Assembly (NCBI GenBank): GCA_003344405.1 | Contig: NOWV01000018.1 | Coordinates: 186,001 to 250,000 of the forward strand | DNA from: Trichoplax sp. H2 | Lineage: Eukaryota | DNA length: 64,000 bases | Reading direction: 5' to 3' | Part shown: positions 40,201 through 52,500 of the stretch, piece by piece | Layout: each line of letters begins with the position of its first letter | How positions within the stretch are numbered: position 1 is the first letter of the stretch | The notes under the pieces: model-generated | Databases searched by the model: none | What the model was told of the DNA's origin: nothing | What the model saw: only the letters and a program-made list of their open reading frames with translations | Made by a program: the position numbers and the translations under genes

Positions 40201-40489
40201 TGTTCAAGCTCGATTACATGAGCAACAGGCAATCTTCCCTATAATTTATGAAACTCATGATGGTGCTGATGTTGGTATTTATTCACAAGGGCCATTCGCT
40301 CATTTATTAACTGGTGTAGTCGAACAAAGTTACATATTTCACGCTATGAAGCATGCTCTATGCTTAGGTCCAAACTCCAATGTTCCTAATTGCCAACGAT
40401 TTGTGACGCGTGGAAGTGCTGTTTCTTCTGTTGCTAGTAATATGTTATTGCTAGTTATCATGCTTTGCTTGGTGAAGTTCCTGCAGTAA
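34286..40489 (+). CDS. Alkaline phosphatase paralog 3; exons 34286-34358, 35211-35467, 38959-39207, 39470-40489
   Basis: Signal peptide MVMSTMSMAHFLLILASLSWVSSQ (start Met ambiguous); IGDGM, VPDSAATA, THATP, RNWE, EGGRIDHSHH, TADH, ETHDG; GPI-type tail. Confidence 0.95.
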
Positions 40490-42081
40490 TCCAGCTGAAT
40501 TTCCTCCTAATTTACACGTACAATATGCCAACACCATTGAAATTTCAAGTTTAATAATTATTCATAACCCTGTTATCTTCAGTCTTTTCTCATCTATTTC
40601 TGAGAGTAACATGTTAATAAATTTTAAATACTTTTACGATTAATCGATTTTTTATTAATGGCAATAATCATGCATGACCCGGTCTCCTCAATTTTTCCCA
40701 TTTATTTCAGACTATAGTGTGCTATTGAACTAGTTCATTGTTGATCTAATTTATGTCATGTTAAAGCTATTTAATAATCAATTACATAAACACTACTTAA
40801 TGCAATATTTTCTTGACGTCAGCTGAAAAACTTGTACCTGTTAAGGCATGCTTCTAATAATTTAAACGTCGGAACCATAGTCTCTTCAAAGGCATTGTAA
40901 CCCGGGTGCTACATTGTTATAATTAGTAGCGAAATATCATATGCACGATTATTTCGCCATGTAGTAACGTTATATAAATGTTTAATTGTATAATTGTGTT
41001 ATGGCTCTACCGTACGCACTAGTGTATTACTGATAACACGGATACGTAATGGAATGTACCGGAGATACCAGGAAAACATACTATATACAAGACGTCGAGA
41101 TTAGAAATAAAGCGCAGATTATACACGTGCATTCAAACGAAGTCTAAACGTGTTAACAGTATTATATAGGTATTTTAGTTATAATTATGGTTACGATTTG
41201 AGATAATAAATGATTGAATGTTTGAATTGAAGGGGTTTAATTTGCGGGAACATCCTCAGGATTTTCTATAGTGCTTCGAGATTAAACCTATACAGTACTA
41301 CCGGTTAGTTAAGGTACCTGTATAATTTCGATCATGATCCTTGTTATCGATAACTATTCTACAGGCATGTTCTACTTTGATAGATTTATTGTTTATAGAC
41401 GCTTGGGAACCAGCTATTAAAGTTACAAGGCTACGGTGTTTGGCACTATGTACAGTACTTCCAAAATTAAATTTAACTTTCAACATTAACGGCATATGAG
41501 GTACTTAAACTGAAGTAGTTAAACAAATAAATCTCGAATCAAAAACCTACAGTAGTGCCCAAATACGAGGATTAAAAATTGCATTTACACCTTAGAGATA
41601 ATTCAAACGTTCATGGAAATCAATTGTTGTAAAAATTTAATTTTCAAAATTACGAAGGTGAAAAATTGATCTACATATTATGTTTTCATGATATAATCTC
41701 CGCTACCATTTTAAAAAAGTAGCTAACCACAGAATTACATCATAAACATATATTCAAAGATTTATATGCATATTCCAATGGTAAATCAAATCAAGCTACG
41801 TAAGTAACAAAATATCACAGTATTAGATTAAATTCCTACAATGGCATCGTAACTTTTGCCGTTAATATGTGTTATTCCAAGAGCAATATTCACGAAATGC
41901 ATCGCTTCTGTTACTCGCATTGACAACAATTTAGAAGATGTATAGACCTCAAGTTTGACTATAACGTAAATATGCTATAAAAAGTATGATATTAACCTAA
42001 ATCAGGATTATTGGGTGACTTTGTCTTTGTGTTGTCTAAACGAATTTTTCAAATGAAATATTACAAGTTTAAGTATTCAAA

Positions 42082-45000
42082 TTATGACATAACACCAAAA
42101 ACTGGATTGTGTCTGCAGATACTGGGCCCATTCTCCATATAATCAGCTTTAGTATGACAAACGCTGTAAAATTCAGGCTATTGTTGATATAAATAATACA
42201 TGCAATTATTGTACGATTGATAATAATTCTACCGTATTGACAAGAATCAAAGTTTACCGTAGCGGCTAAGAGACTACCACCAAACCAAACGGCATAACGT
42301 TGCATAGAATGTGATACTACTTGAACATCAATTGATGTAGGCTAAATCCGAGGAAGGAAAGAAATAAAGGTAAAAGAAATGTTTCAGCATTAGCGTTGTT
42401 GAGTGTTTTTTACTCGTAAACTACAGTAAGTTAAAGAGTAACAACTATACTATGTATGATTCTGCGTATGTACATTGGCAGTATATGCTTATATGTCCTC
42501 TTGTGAACCGTACACTTAAGTTACCTTTAATTTGCCTCCACTCAACTGTTCACTAATTCTTAAGCGGCTATCTACCGTTCTTTTAACATCGCGCTGTAAA
42601 CGCTTACCAAAATCCTTAAACATAGTCGACCCACCAGATAGTACAATATTCTAAAGTGATAAAAGAGCGAGAATTTTAATGAATCTCTACAGATTCATAG
42701 AATAATACTATATCCATAAGGTAGTGATTATGATATCATACCTTGTATAAAGGTCTACGAACATCAATGGGACAATTTTGAATTACTGTATCTACAACTT
42801 CTGATATTGGCGTTTGAAAATCTTCATTGCAAAACTAAATACAGCGAATAACGGTTATGCAGTAATTGTAGTAAAATGTATGATTGTTATTGAAAGATTG
42901 CAATATAAACTAACCTCCGGATGAAAATAGATCTCTGGACCAAGAAAGCGCTCGTATCCGACGTCAACGTTAAAAGGCTATATCAAACGGTTCGATTGAT
43001 TAAAACGTTAACATAAAAATTAAACATTTATAAACATTATAGATCGATGAGGTTTACTTACTCGTTTACTTATATTGTTGATACCCTCATATTTCTTAAT
43101 CCACTTTGCCGGTTCTTTTTCATATTTTGCAAACTCTTTAGCAATGTCTGGACATATATAGCTGTAACGTTCCTATTTTTTTATAATGAGGATGAAACAA
43201 TTACATACTATCAAAAGGCTTCGAAATTAAATACAATCGCCAAACCTGATACTAGCTAAGTAGGTATCTATTTGCAATTTATACCTTGATTTGTTTAGCA
43301 GTTTCTAAAGACTGTTCTGGGGGTATTCCGACTTCTCGTTCTCTTAAGATTTGTTGTATAAAATGTGTAATATCTCTACCAGCAATCGGTATATGCTTGA
43401 TGCAACTTCCAATAACATATCCGTCCGCCTGATATTAAAATAAGTAAAAGCTGTTTACGCGAACGAAAATTTAGTTGACAATGGCTTTTGAGGATAGCAA
43501 GATCCCTTACCACAGGTATGACATGTGTTACACCATCTCCAGAATCTATTACTGTGCCAGTCAGAGTTCTTTGTGATACCTCTCGTGACGTCCATGATGC
43601 TGCTAGAGCAAGTACAGCCTTATTCAAATAATAATGCAATATTGAATTATTAAAACCTTTTCAACAATCACTGCCATTATACAGAATAGTTAAATCGTTT
43701 AACATCGTTATTAGTGTTCAGAAAACAAAACTTTCATCAATTGTATCAGACGGCAATTCCTATCATGTTATGTTTTAGTTCATCATGTTCTTATTATCTT
43801 ATGTAGTTGAATAGTAAGAGCTGAAATGTTGCTTTTTCGTACCTGAACAGCAATGTATAAGCCGGGGACATTGAATGATTCGAACATGATTTCTAATTTT
43901 AAGATTTTTAAATAAAATCACTTATTTTAAATTCCAATATTTTTTAATCAAATTACATTAAATTAATGATATTGTAGGTTGATAGTATCGATGAATATAC
44001 ATATACAGTAAGTTAAATAGTCAGCGGTCAATATGCCGGGAATAGTCAGTTGGCTATACAGTACCTGCAGTATATTCTCTATTTTCTGGTGTATTGAGAG
44101 GAGGTTCCGTCTGGAAGTGAGAATTTGAAAGTAATAATTTTATCAGCATTGATAGGTAGTAGAGTGTAACAATTATATTGATTAGTACCAATAAAAAGTA
44201 ATGATCTTCCGGCTCCGCTCGTAAATATTTGAAAATGCACTGCTCCCAAAATCGTTCCTGTAATTTAAAAAGTCAGAATTAACTTTTATTGGTCGAAGAC
44301 TAATGGAGAAATACAAACCGATTATAGCTTTAGGAAGTCATTATTTTTGTATCTCTTCTTTAGGCATAAAAAGCTTACCATTAGATTCCAATCTTCTACG
44401 ACACCGTGGCGAATAGGATACTATTTGATTGTAGTTAAGGCGACAGTTATATATAAATATTCAACCTTAGGGAATTTAATAATTGGATATATTGAAAACG
44501 TTACCTTAGCGGCGTATGCAGGTTGTTCGAAACAGTCATCTCCAATATAGAAATCTGCAAGGTGAACATGGAATACATTAGAAAGAGTTGATAGTACCAG
44601 TAACCTTGTCCATACTACAAATCATGCATGTTTTAGCATTTTATCATACTGTAGAACTATAGCAATCCTATGCTTTCGTATGAGATTTATACCGAGATCA
44701 TCGATTCCTCTAGCAATATTAGATCGAACGCCAGCAGATTCTTTAACTGCAATACCTAAAACGATAGAAAATTTAGTTTCAAGTTACCGATACTTTACTG
44801 TTTAGTCCAAACTTGCAAACTAATACACCATAAATGTTAAGAGCTAGAAGGGCGATCTATATTCGCCGTTAAACACTAGATCCTAATGATTACTACCAAA
44901 AATAATATTTTTAGTAATCCCTCAAATCTGCCGTTGACTTTAAATATTTGTCAAACTTTTTAAAGTCAACTGTAATAAATTTCTAAGTATGCTTAATGGA

Positions 45001-45715
45001 GGAAACAATATAAACGATAGCAATAATCGAAGTTTCAAATTTTTTAATTTCGGTAGCGTTTAAAGCATAAATTATCGAAACATAAGTTAAAGTAAGTTGA
45101 GCTCCATTTTTATTTTTTTTTTATAACTTACAACTAGGAAAGATATATTGTGGTTCAGGATTGCCAGCGTAACCTAGCTTAGTATACCTAGAATTTGATA
45201 CACAGATAGAACGAGTCAATGTTGTCAGTACGGTTTGCAGTATTTACTGAAGTAATACATAAGTCATTTCAATCGTCAGAGTACAATGATCAACATGAAG
45301 CAACAGTATTATGACTGACATTCATTAAGTTTGCAGTTGATTTATGGCAAACTATTTTAGTCTGGATAGCCTAATCTTTTACAGTGAAGGCTATTTATGG
45401 TAGGTTTTTGAGGGATTAAGAAGTTGCGTAAATTTTTACCGCTTTGAAACAAAGACTGTCGGATTCACCCTACACAGTCATCACTACATGTTTAAGCAGG
45501 AAATTGTACTAACAGCCGGTACATTACATTTATTACTACCGATAAGGAGCATTTGGTTGCAAGTTAATCATCTATTCAATAATGGAGTAAATTGATGATA
45601 AAATACGAATTCTAATTCCGAAAAGTTTCATGTATAATTATAATTGATAGTACCAACTACTCTGTTCTTACCCTGTGCCGTTATCAATTACTGCTGCAGG
45701 TAACCGCGTAGCCAT
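42082..45715 (-). CDS. ACTR3: Actin-related protein 3 (Arp2/3 complex), ~16 exons
   Basis: [102 protein letters not shown] (stop 42084-42082). Confidence 0.97.
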
Positions 45716-47532
45716 TTCTTCTGGTAACTAGAAATATAAAGCGTCAAGAATTAAAATTATAAGCATTAGTTTTATAATAATAAGAAAGCTACACTGGTGG
45801 TAAGTTTAAGCGAAATGAGATTAGGGCGTTCATCCACAAAGGCAAAGCAATTAAGTTTTAGCGCTGTACACAAGGTAGATACTGTAGATATACTACGAAT
45901 CAATCTTGGTGTAGGGGTTGATATTCATTATGATGACTGTAACTAAAACAGGATTTGTACTCTTTTAAGATGGTAGAAACAAGATTTTTAAATGGTGACG
46001 ACTAGTGATTACGAGTTCGAATGGAAATAGAACGACAATTTTAAACTTATGCAAATTATTGCCTTTCGATTAGTGTGTAATTTACTCGTTTGATGTACAA
46101 TGGAATAAACTGTATGCTGATTACCAAGTATACAGCGTAAAATAGCAGTGTAATTGAAAATAATCAGTTGTAAAAGTTTGACTTTGTAATTTCTAGCTTA
46201 AAAAGGATCCAATTTGTGGTTTGTACATTAGAAAAATATCATTTCAAATGATGGCGAGTGGGGTGAAGACTCCATGTTGGGTGGTGTAAAGTACTTCACT
46301 TACTTCCGTACTAGTGGATGAATAAATTACCTTATTTCACGTCACACGCTTACGTGGTTATGAATTAATAATTAATCAATTCTTATCGCAAAATGAGAAA
46401 GCGTAGCTGACGTTTTTGGTTAAAATGCAGCGCTTAAATTCATTCTCAGTTGCTATCGTTCATTAGCTTGATGCTATTACTACTCATAACTGAGTCGTTT
46501 CTTACAGGGATATAGTACTATATATAGTATATGATTTGGCTCATTTTTTATAGCCAAAGTAACGAGATTGGCACACCCATTTGGTACGATACGACATCTT
46601 TTATACAACGTTGACTTTTTTAATTCTATTGCAGTATAATATGGGCAATTTATCGGATTAGTTCGTTGGTAAAGACATTATGTTACAAGTTGGATAGTAC
46701 AATGAGAATAAGTTTAATTAAAGGCGCAGTCGATATGTTATACCTGTAAGACGCAATGATTAAGAACAGTTTGTAAAGATATTGACTTTTGTTTGAGTTG
46801 GCTTGTGAAAGTTACTACTGTGAAATGTATCGTTGAGTCTGTAAAATTAGTCGTTCAAGATTGATGTGTAGGAGAAGCTACAACATCGTATGGCTATGGA
46901 CTGTATTGGAAGCATTTTACTGTATAGAATCAAGGTAGAGATCGTTTCCATTGGAAAATCTCCTTTTGACTGAGTCATTTTGACGAGGTGTACTCTGTAG
47001 CACCGTAGCGAGGCCTTTATCCTATAGCAGCCGACTTGAATTAGCGGCGATAACTGCCAAAATGAGAAAAAATTTTGGCTTCTTCCTCAACTGTATAAAT
47101 TGCATCGATACAAGGAAAGCATTTCATTTCGACAAGAGTATTACTAGTACGGTGTAAAGTAATCGATAGGCTAGGTAAGAATTTTTTCCTTCAATGAAGA
47201 AAAATTCATTCTTGTCTAACTGACACGTCTAGCCACAGTGTGGCAAGTAGTTTTCGATGCCTGGTTGAAAGCTACCAGTTTTAAGGAGCAAATTTTCAAC
47301 ATTAATATTGGGTAACAGCGTTATACTAAAGAATGAAATGTATTTTAATTCAATTTAAGAATTATACCTGTTGAGTTAATAATTGAAGAAAAGAGAATTT
47401 CAAGAAGAACCAAGGCTACCAAGCATGAACTAGCTCTTAATTTCCAAGATGGCACGGCGCAGCTAACACAGTCGAGTAGAGAAGTGAAAAAGTCCCAACT
47501 AGCGTTTTCGTCAGCGGCTTTGCCTACTTTTA

Positions 47533-48946
47533 GTGTACTGTACAGTAGTATGGGACTATGGGTACGGTGGTGTGCCCTACACTGTAGCATTGCTACGGCC
47601 ACCACCACGACTTTTAGCGGTCACCAGTCATCACTCAACTCAATCTTGCGAAAAGTCGTGTTGGCCGCATCAGTGCTACAGACGGACAGATCATTTGTGA
47701 ACTATACCCTGCACAGTACACTGTACTGTATTATACAGTACAATAGAGTAGCATGGCCTAGACTTCTTCTACTGTACTGTACTGTAGACTGTAGTCCATG
47801 ACGGTACGATTAATCATCGAGAACTGCATACTGTACTGTAGAGTGAAAAGTCCTGTTGCACCTTGTGACTGCGGCTGTACAGTACAGTGTACAGTACTGT
47901 ACAGTACAATGAGATCCGTTTTCTTTGATACAGTACTGTACTATACTCAGTGTACTGTACTGTGCTTCATCACTGCTGCTGTCCGTCCGTGTCGTCTCAC
48001 TCACTCAGTAACGATGGACTTTTCGAAAGTACAGTTACTGTACAGTACTGTACTGTATTTTTACAGTAACCTCGTCGACACGCCATCCCAGAACTATGGA
48101 CTGATAGATTGACGGATTTTGCGGATTAAGCTACTGTACTACAGTACTCTTACTACTCTACAGTACAGTACGTTACGTACAGTACAGTACTGTACTGTGC
48201 GCTCCTTTCGAAACTAAAAACTGTACTGTACTGTACAGTACAGTACAGTACACTGTACAGAACGTACTGTACTGCAAAAGAACATGGAAAAGCAGACGGT
48301 GTTTCAAGATTAATTGAAGATTTTACAATTGAAGCTGTTAACGAGCGTTAATTTGATGGATGTTGTCATTTTCGGAGATATGAAAAATTCGAGGGGTGAC
48401 GAATGTAGTGATGCACCCATATTTGATTAAAAAATTACTCTATACAAGAACGACTTGGAATGTTATCCTCCGTGCAGAAATAATTTCAATCAAGTAAAAG
48501 TGTCCAATGAATTAGAAGGTTATGCACACCTACAGTACAGTACTGTACACTGTACAGTACAGTATACTGTAGTAGTACAGTACTGTACAGTAGAACAAAG
48601 TACAGTACGGTACTGCACTATTGTATAATGTACAGTACTGTACAGTACTGGTAGTGTTAGCTCATGAATTTGGGGATACAATTTGAAATGATCAGCCTGC
48701 TCAATAATCGGCGTGTCGCATTTGTAGTACTGTATACTGAATGATCATTTCCTATTCCTCTCTCTCTTTAGCTGGCAATAAGCTTGGCATAGACTACGAG
48801 TCGATGCCGAGGTAAATCTACTTGCTACCGTAGCATCGATGCCATTTGGTGAGTTACTGATCGCCTTAGGGTCTGGGGCTATGATACTGATTACAGTACT
48901 GTACACTGTACAGTGCAGTCCAATATTCCAAGTACTGTACAGTACA
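47533..48946. promoter_or_regulatory. Large TACAG/CTGTA palindromic repeat region in the ARP3/DNAJC13 divergent intergenic region
   Basis: Dozens of TACAG/CTGTA units in sub-clusters (47710-48065, 48130-48275, 48530-48650, 48890-48946). Perfect 30-bp palindrome (ACTGT)3(ACAGT)3 at 48220-48249. The 21-mer TACAGTACTGTACACTGTACA occurs at 48536 and 48892. Confidence 0.7.
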
Positions 48947-48947
48947 A

Positions 48948-48968
48948 TATAATAAATAAATAAATAAT
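48948..48968. repeat. Short (AAAT)n microsatellite
   Basis: tataataaataaataaataat directly after the last TACAG array. Confidence 0.6.
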
Positions 48969-49543
48969 AATATTATTATGACGTAACTGCATGTCAGGCA
49001 AGTTGACTAATCAATCGAGATCCTAGAGTACAGTAGTTGACGAGGCTGCTGATAGAGTAGCAATCCCTGAACTATATCATACAGTGTCATTCTTTCACAT
49101 GACTTCACTTGGACGCAAGTCAACCTTCAGGAGTACTGACGTGCAGATACAGTCGTTCTACAGAGAGGAGCTAGAAAAAAATGTCTAGTACAGTGTCGAT
49201 AACACCGCTGGCAGGCCTAAAGGCTAGAGGCAAGCTTAGGCAGCCAAGTGAATCAATCGTTGCAGCCAGGCAGCCACCTGCTTCTGCTCGTTAGGACCGA
49301 TACTCGAGCCACTTGACTTAGTGGACGGGAATTTTGGGGGCAGCCATATTACCTTAGTCAAGCTTGTTGGCGGAATAGTCGACAAATATTCATTCGTAAC
49401 AGTCAATTCTATTAATTAACTGCCATCTTGTCATTGATTATTAGCTACAAATACATTGGTTGCTTGGTATTTCTTGCCAAAACCATTTGCTATCATTGCC
49501 AAACGGTACTCCAGTCCATAGTGCCACACAGACGGCAGTGAAG

Positions 49544-52500
49544 ATGTCTGTTTGCCAAGGAAACGAAGATATTGCAAGTTATTATACAACCAAACACTCA
49601 TGGCGTGGAAAGTAAATCCATTATTTAAAACAAGTTATATCTTTTTTCTTTCATTATAGAGCGTTGTAGATAGAGATGAGGCATGTTCAATAGCATTTGT
49701 AGACACTTTTTTCTCAAGGATAAAGTGACTGTGTTTCACTACTTGGCGCTCTATCGCTAAACGTCTTGACTATTGACTAATACAACGATACGATTGATAT
49801 TGATTTGATGGTCTCCGTTTCATTCTTCAGCCTTTCCTTACTTCTAATGTATTTCCTTTCCATGGATTCTAGATATAAAAGGATCTTTTCAGTGGGCAGC
49901 AAGGCTATAACAACGTATAATCCTAATACGTTAGAAATAACCAATCAGGTAGGATAAAGCCATGATACAATTTAGTCGATGTTGATCAACTTGCAGTAGC
50001 AGGCCTCAAACGAAGCGAGATACATTCTGCTATCGTACAACGCACGTACTATGTACGAGTTCTTCAATTACTGAAAGTGATCCCCTTGCAACGCTTTCTA
50101 TGTATAGTTGGTTGATTATATTTAAATTGATTTAATGACAGCCTACCAGTTGCATGATCACATCGAATAAATCACTCGTGTAATAGCTTACCATGGACTG
50201 TCTAAATTTTTACCAAGGCATATTCTGAAATTGAATACTGTTGAAATCGATCTCTTCAGTACTAGTCGTAATAAAAAAGAAGCAAACTAAAAACAACTTG
50301 ATAAATCTCCAAATGGGTCATCACGTTATTTTAGTAAGACAAATTGAACACTACACCGTTACAAGAGGAATGGACTATTATTAGGAGTAGTTCAACGCTA
50401 GCTAGCTATGCGGTACAAAGGATTCATTTTGTCATTGACACCCCTTTTTTATCAACTTTCAGCTAGGGTTTTAGCGTAGATGATACTTTCATTTGCCAAA
50501 GAGCACAGTACCCGAGTGAAGAATAGTTGTACTCGTAGTATTATTTTTGCACCTGCAGATAGTTTATGTGATATGTCCTACACACAGCATTGTTTGCTTA
50601 TGCTGAATCAACTATGTCGGAGGATAACATTTTCAAATATGGTGCTTGTTGTCGTAATGGTTGATAATCATGGATAGTTGCAAAGAATACCTCTACTGCA
50701 GGATAATAATATTTTTTTTATTTTCATAATACTACTTGCAATCGATAAAGACGCACTTGATGATAGTACAATACTGTAATAATAGTAATAATATTCAGAC
50801 TTTGTGGTAAACACTGATTCTTCTTACGTTGTTGTTACTTGGAATTTTGATACTACTTTACTATTTTAAATTAATTTAGTGGGCCTACACCGACTTTTTT
50901 GGTATACAAATCACTCCCAAACCCGGCTATGAATTTACCATTACCATTAGGAAAGGTATGATTATTACTACTAAATTGATCGTTGTATACTGGGTAGAAT
51001 TTTTAGTGATTAGGGTAAACTGCTGGAATTGATCGTTACATTAGCAGTACGCAAGTAGTTAAATTTATGCATGACAGCTGTTATAAGTTTTGTTTTTATG
51101 AAAATGCAGAAAAAATGCATCCATGCCAGTGTCGTATCTAACCAAGCCATCAATGAGGCTAGTACTTATGTGCAGTACCTTAATTTGAATATCGTATTCT
51201 TAGGTAAAAAATCGCAAACTATGACCTTTTCAACGGAATATCGAGCAGATGTGATCACGGAAGCATTGGTTAGTTAACTATTCAATACATGCATGATTAT
51301 GTTATTATATTTATACATCTGTAATGACCTACTGTATATTAACAGACTAGATCTTTTTGAACCTGTAAGACTCGTGTATCTTAGATATACAACTTTATTA
51401 ATGTTGACAGCGCTTTAGGGGTTCATATGCCACCGATAGAGAAAAACGGACTACTGAAGATGTTAGAATTACAATTGTTAAACACTTTACATTTTTCTTA
51501 CATCATTCTACTTGTATACTGTAATTAATATTAATACGTAAACAATAGTAATAATGAAATTATATCTTTGGCATTGCTTTGTAGAGATATGTTGCTTATA
51601 AGCAGCATTGGAGTGATACTCGTGTTCAAACAATCTTACAAGTAAGTTTACATAAATAATACTTGCATAATGAACTTACTTTCTCCAAGATTAGGCCTGT
51701 AGTCCTTAATTCAAATAATGCTATGCAAATTGATAAACTCCATCTAATTGAATGATATGCAAGTAATTGTAAATTTGTCGCAAATTATTCTTTAGGTCAC
51801 GCCGGCATCTTTAGATCAAATCAACCCTGCTACTGGAAATTTAACTTGTAGCTATGATTATAAAGATATTGAAGGCATAACAACAGTACGTTACGTGATA
51901 GTAAAAACATTTAACTTTTGTATGAGGGAGATTTTTGAATAAAAATAAATCTCTTCATAGAAAGTGTTTCTGAAAGAGGCTACATTGATGACATTTACTA
52001 TTTCAGGTATCTGATTGCCCAGGAGGTTTCGCTGTTATTCATGGAGGTTTTGGTAGATTGGTAAATGTTATTTTATGTACGCATATATCAAATTATTCAT
52101 CAGTAATTCTAACATATACTATTACTGGTCGTCATTTTCTTGTAGCATGTATTTGCTTCTGAAAGCCGGGATGAAATTTTAAGGAAAATCACAGAATTAT
52201 CTCTCAATGTAGTCGGTTATAGTATCAGGTATTTACGTTCGAGTAGTTACTTACAGTAGATAAAAATGTGCTCAATAGGTAGCTATGCATAATAGTGGTA
52301 ATAATTGTTGATTGTATTAAGAACTAGCTTGAGAACTCTTGTTTTAATGATGCGCTATGAAAATTGCTTGATTTTTTTACAGAGTCCGAAAAAATCCAAT
52401 CACATTGACTGAATTTGAGGAAAAACGACTAGGAAAATTTAGGTTGTTTACGAACATAATGAAATTTGGCGCCTGTATAAAATTATAAAGGAGATATTGC

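Noticed and set aside
46780-47300. Possible degenerate ORF on the minus strand upstream of ARP3
   Set aside because: Multiple stops and no recognisable domain; more likely ARP3 5'-UTR intron sequence.
47533-48946. CRISPR-like or intact MITE/Mutator interpretation of the repeat region
   Set aside because: Eukaryotic context with no constant repeat-spacer periodicity. I could not identify paired long terminal inverted repeats, a target-site duplication or a transposase.
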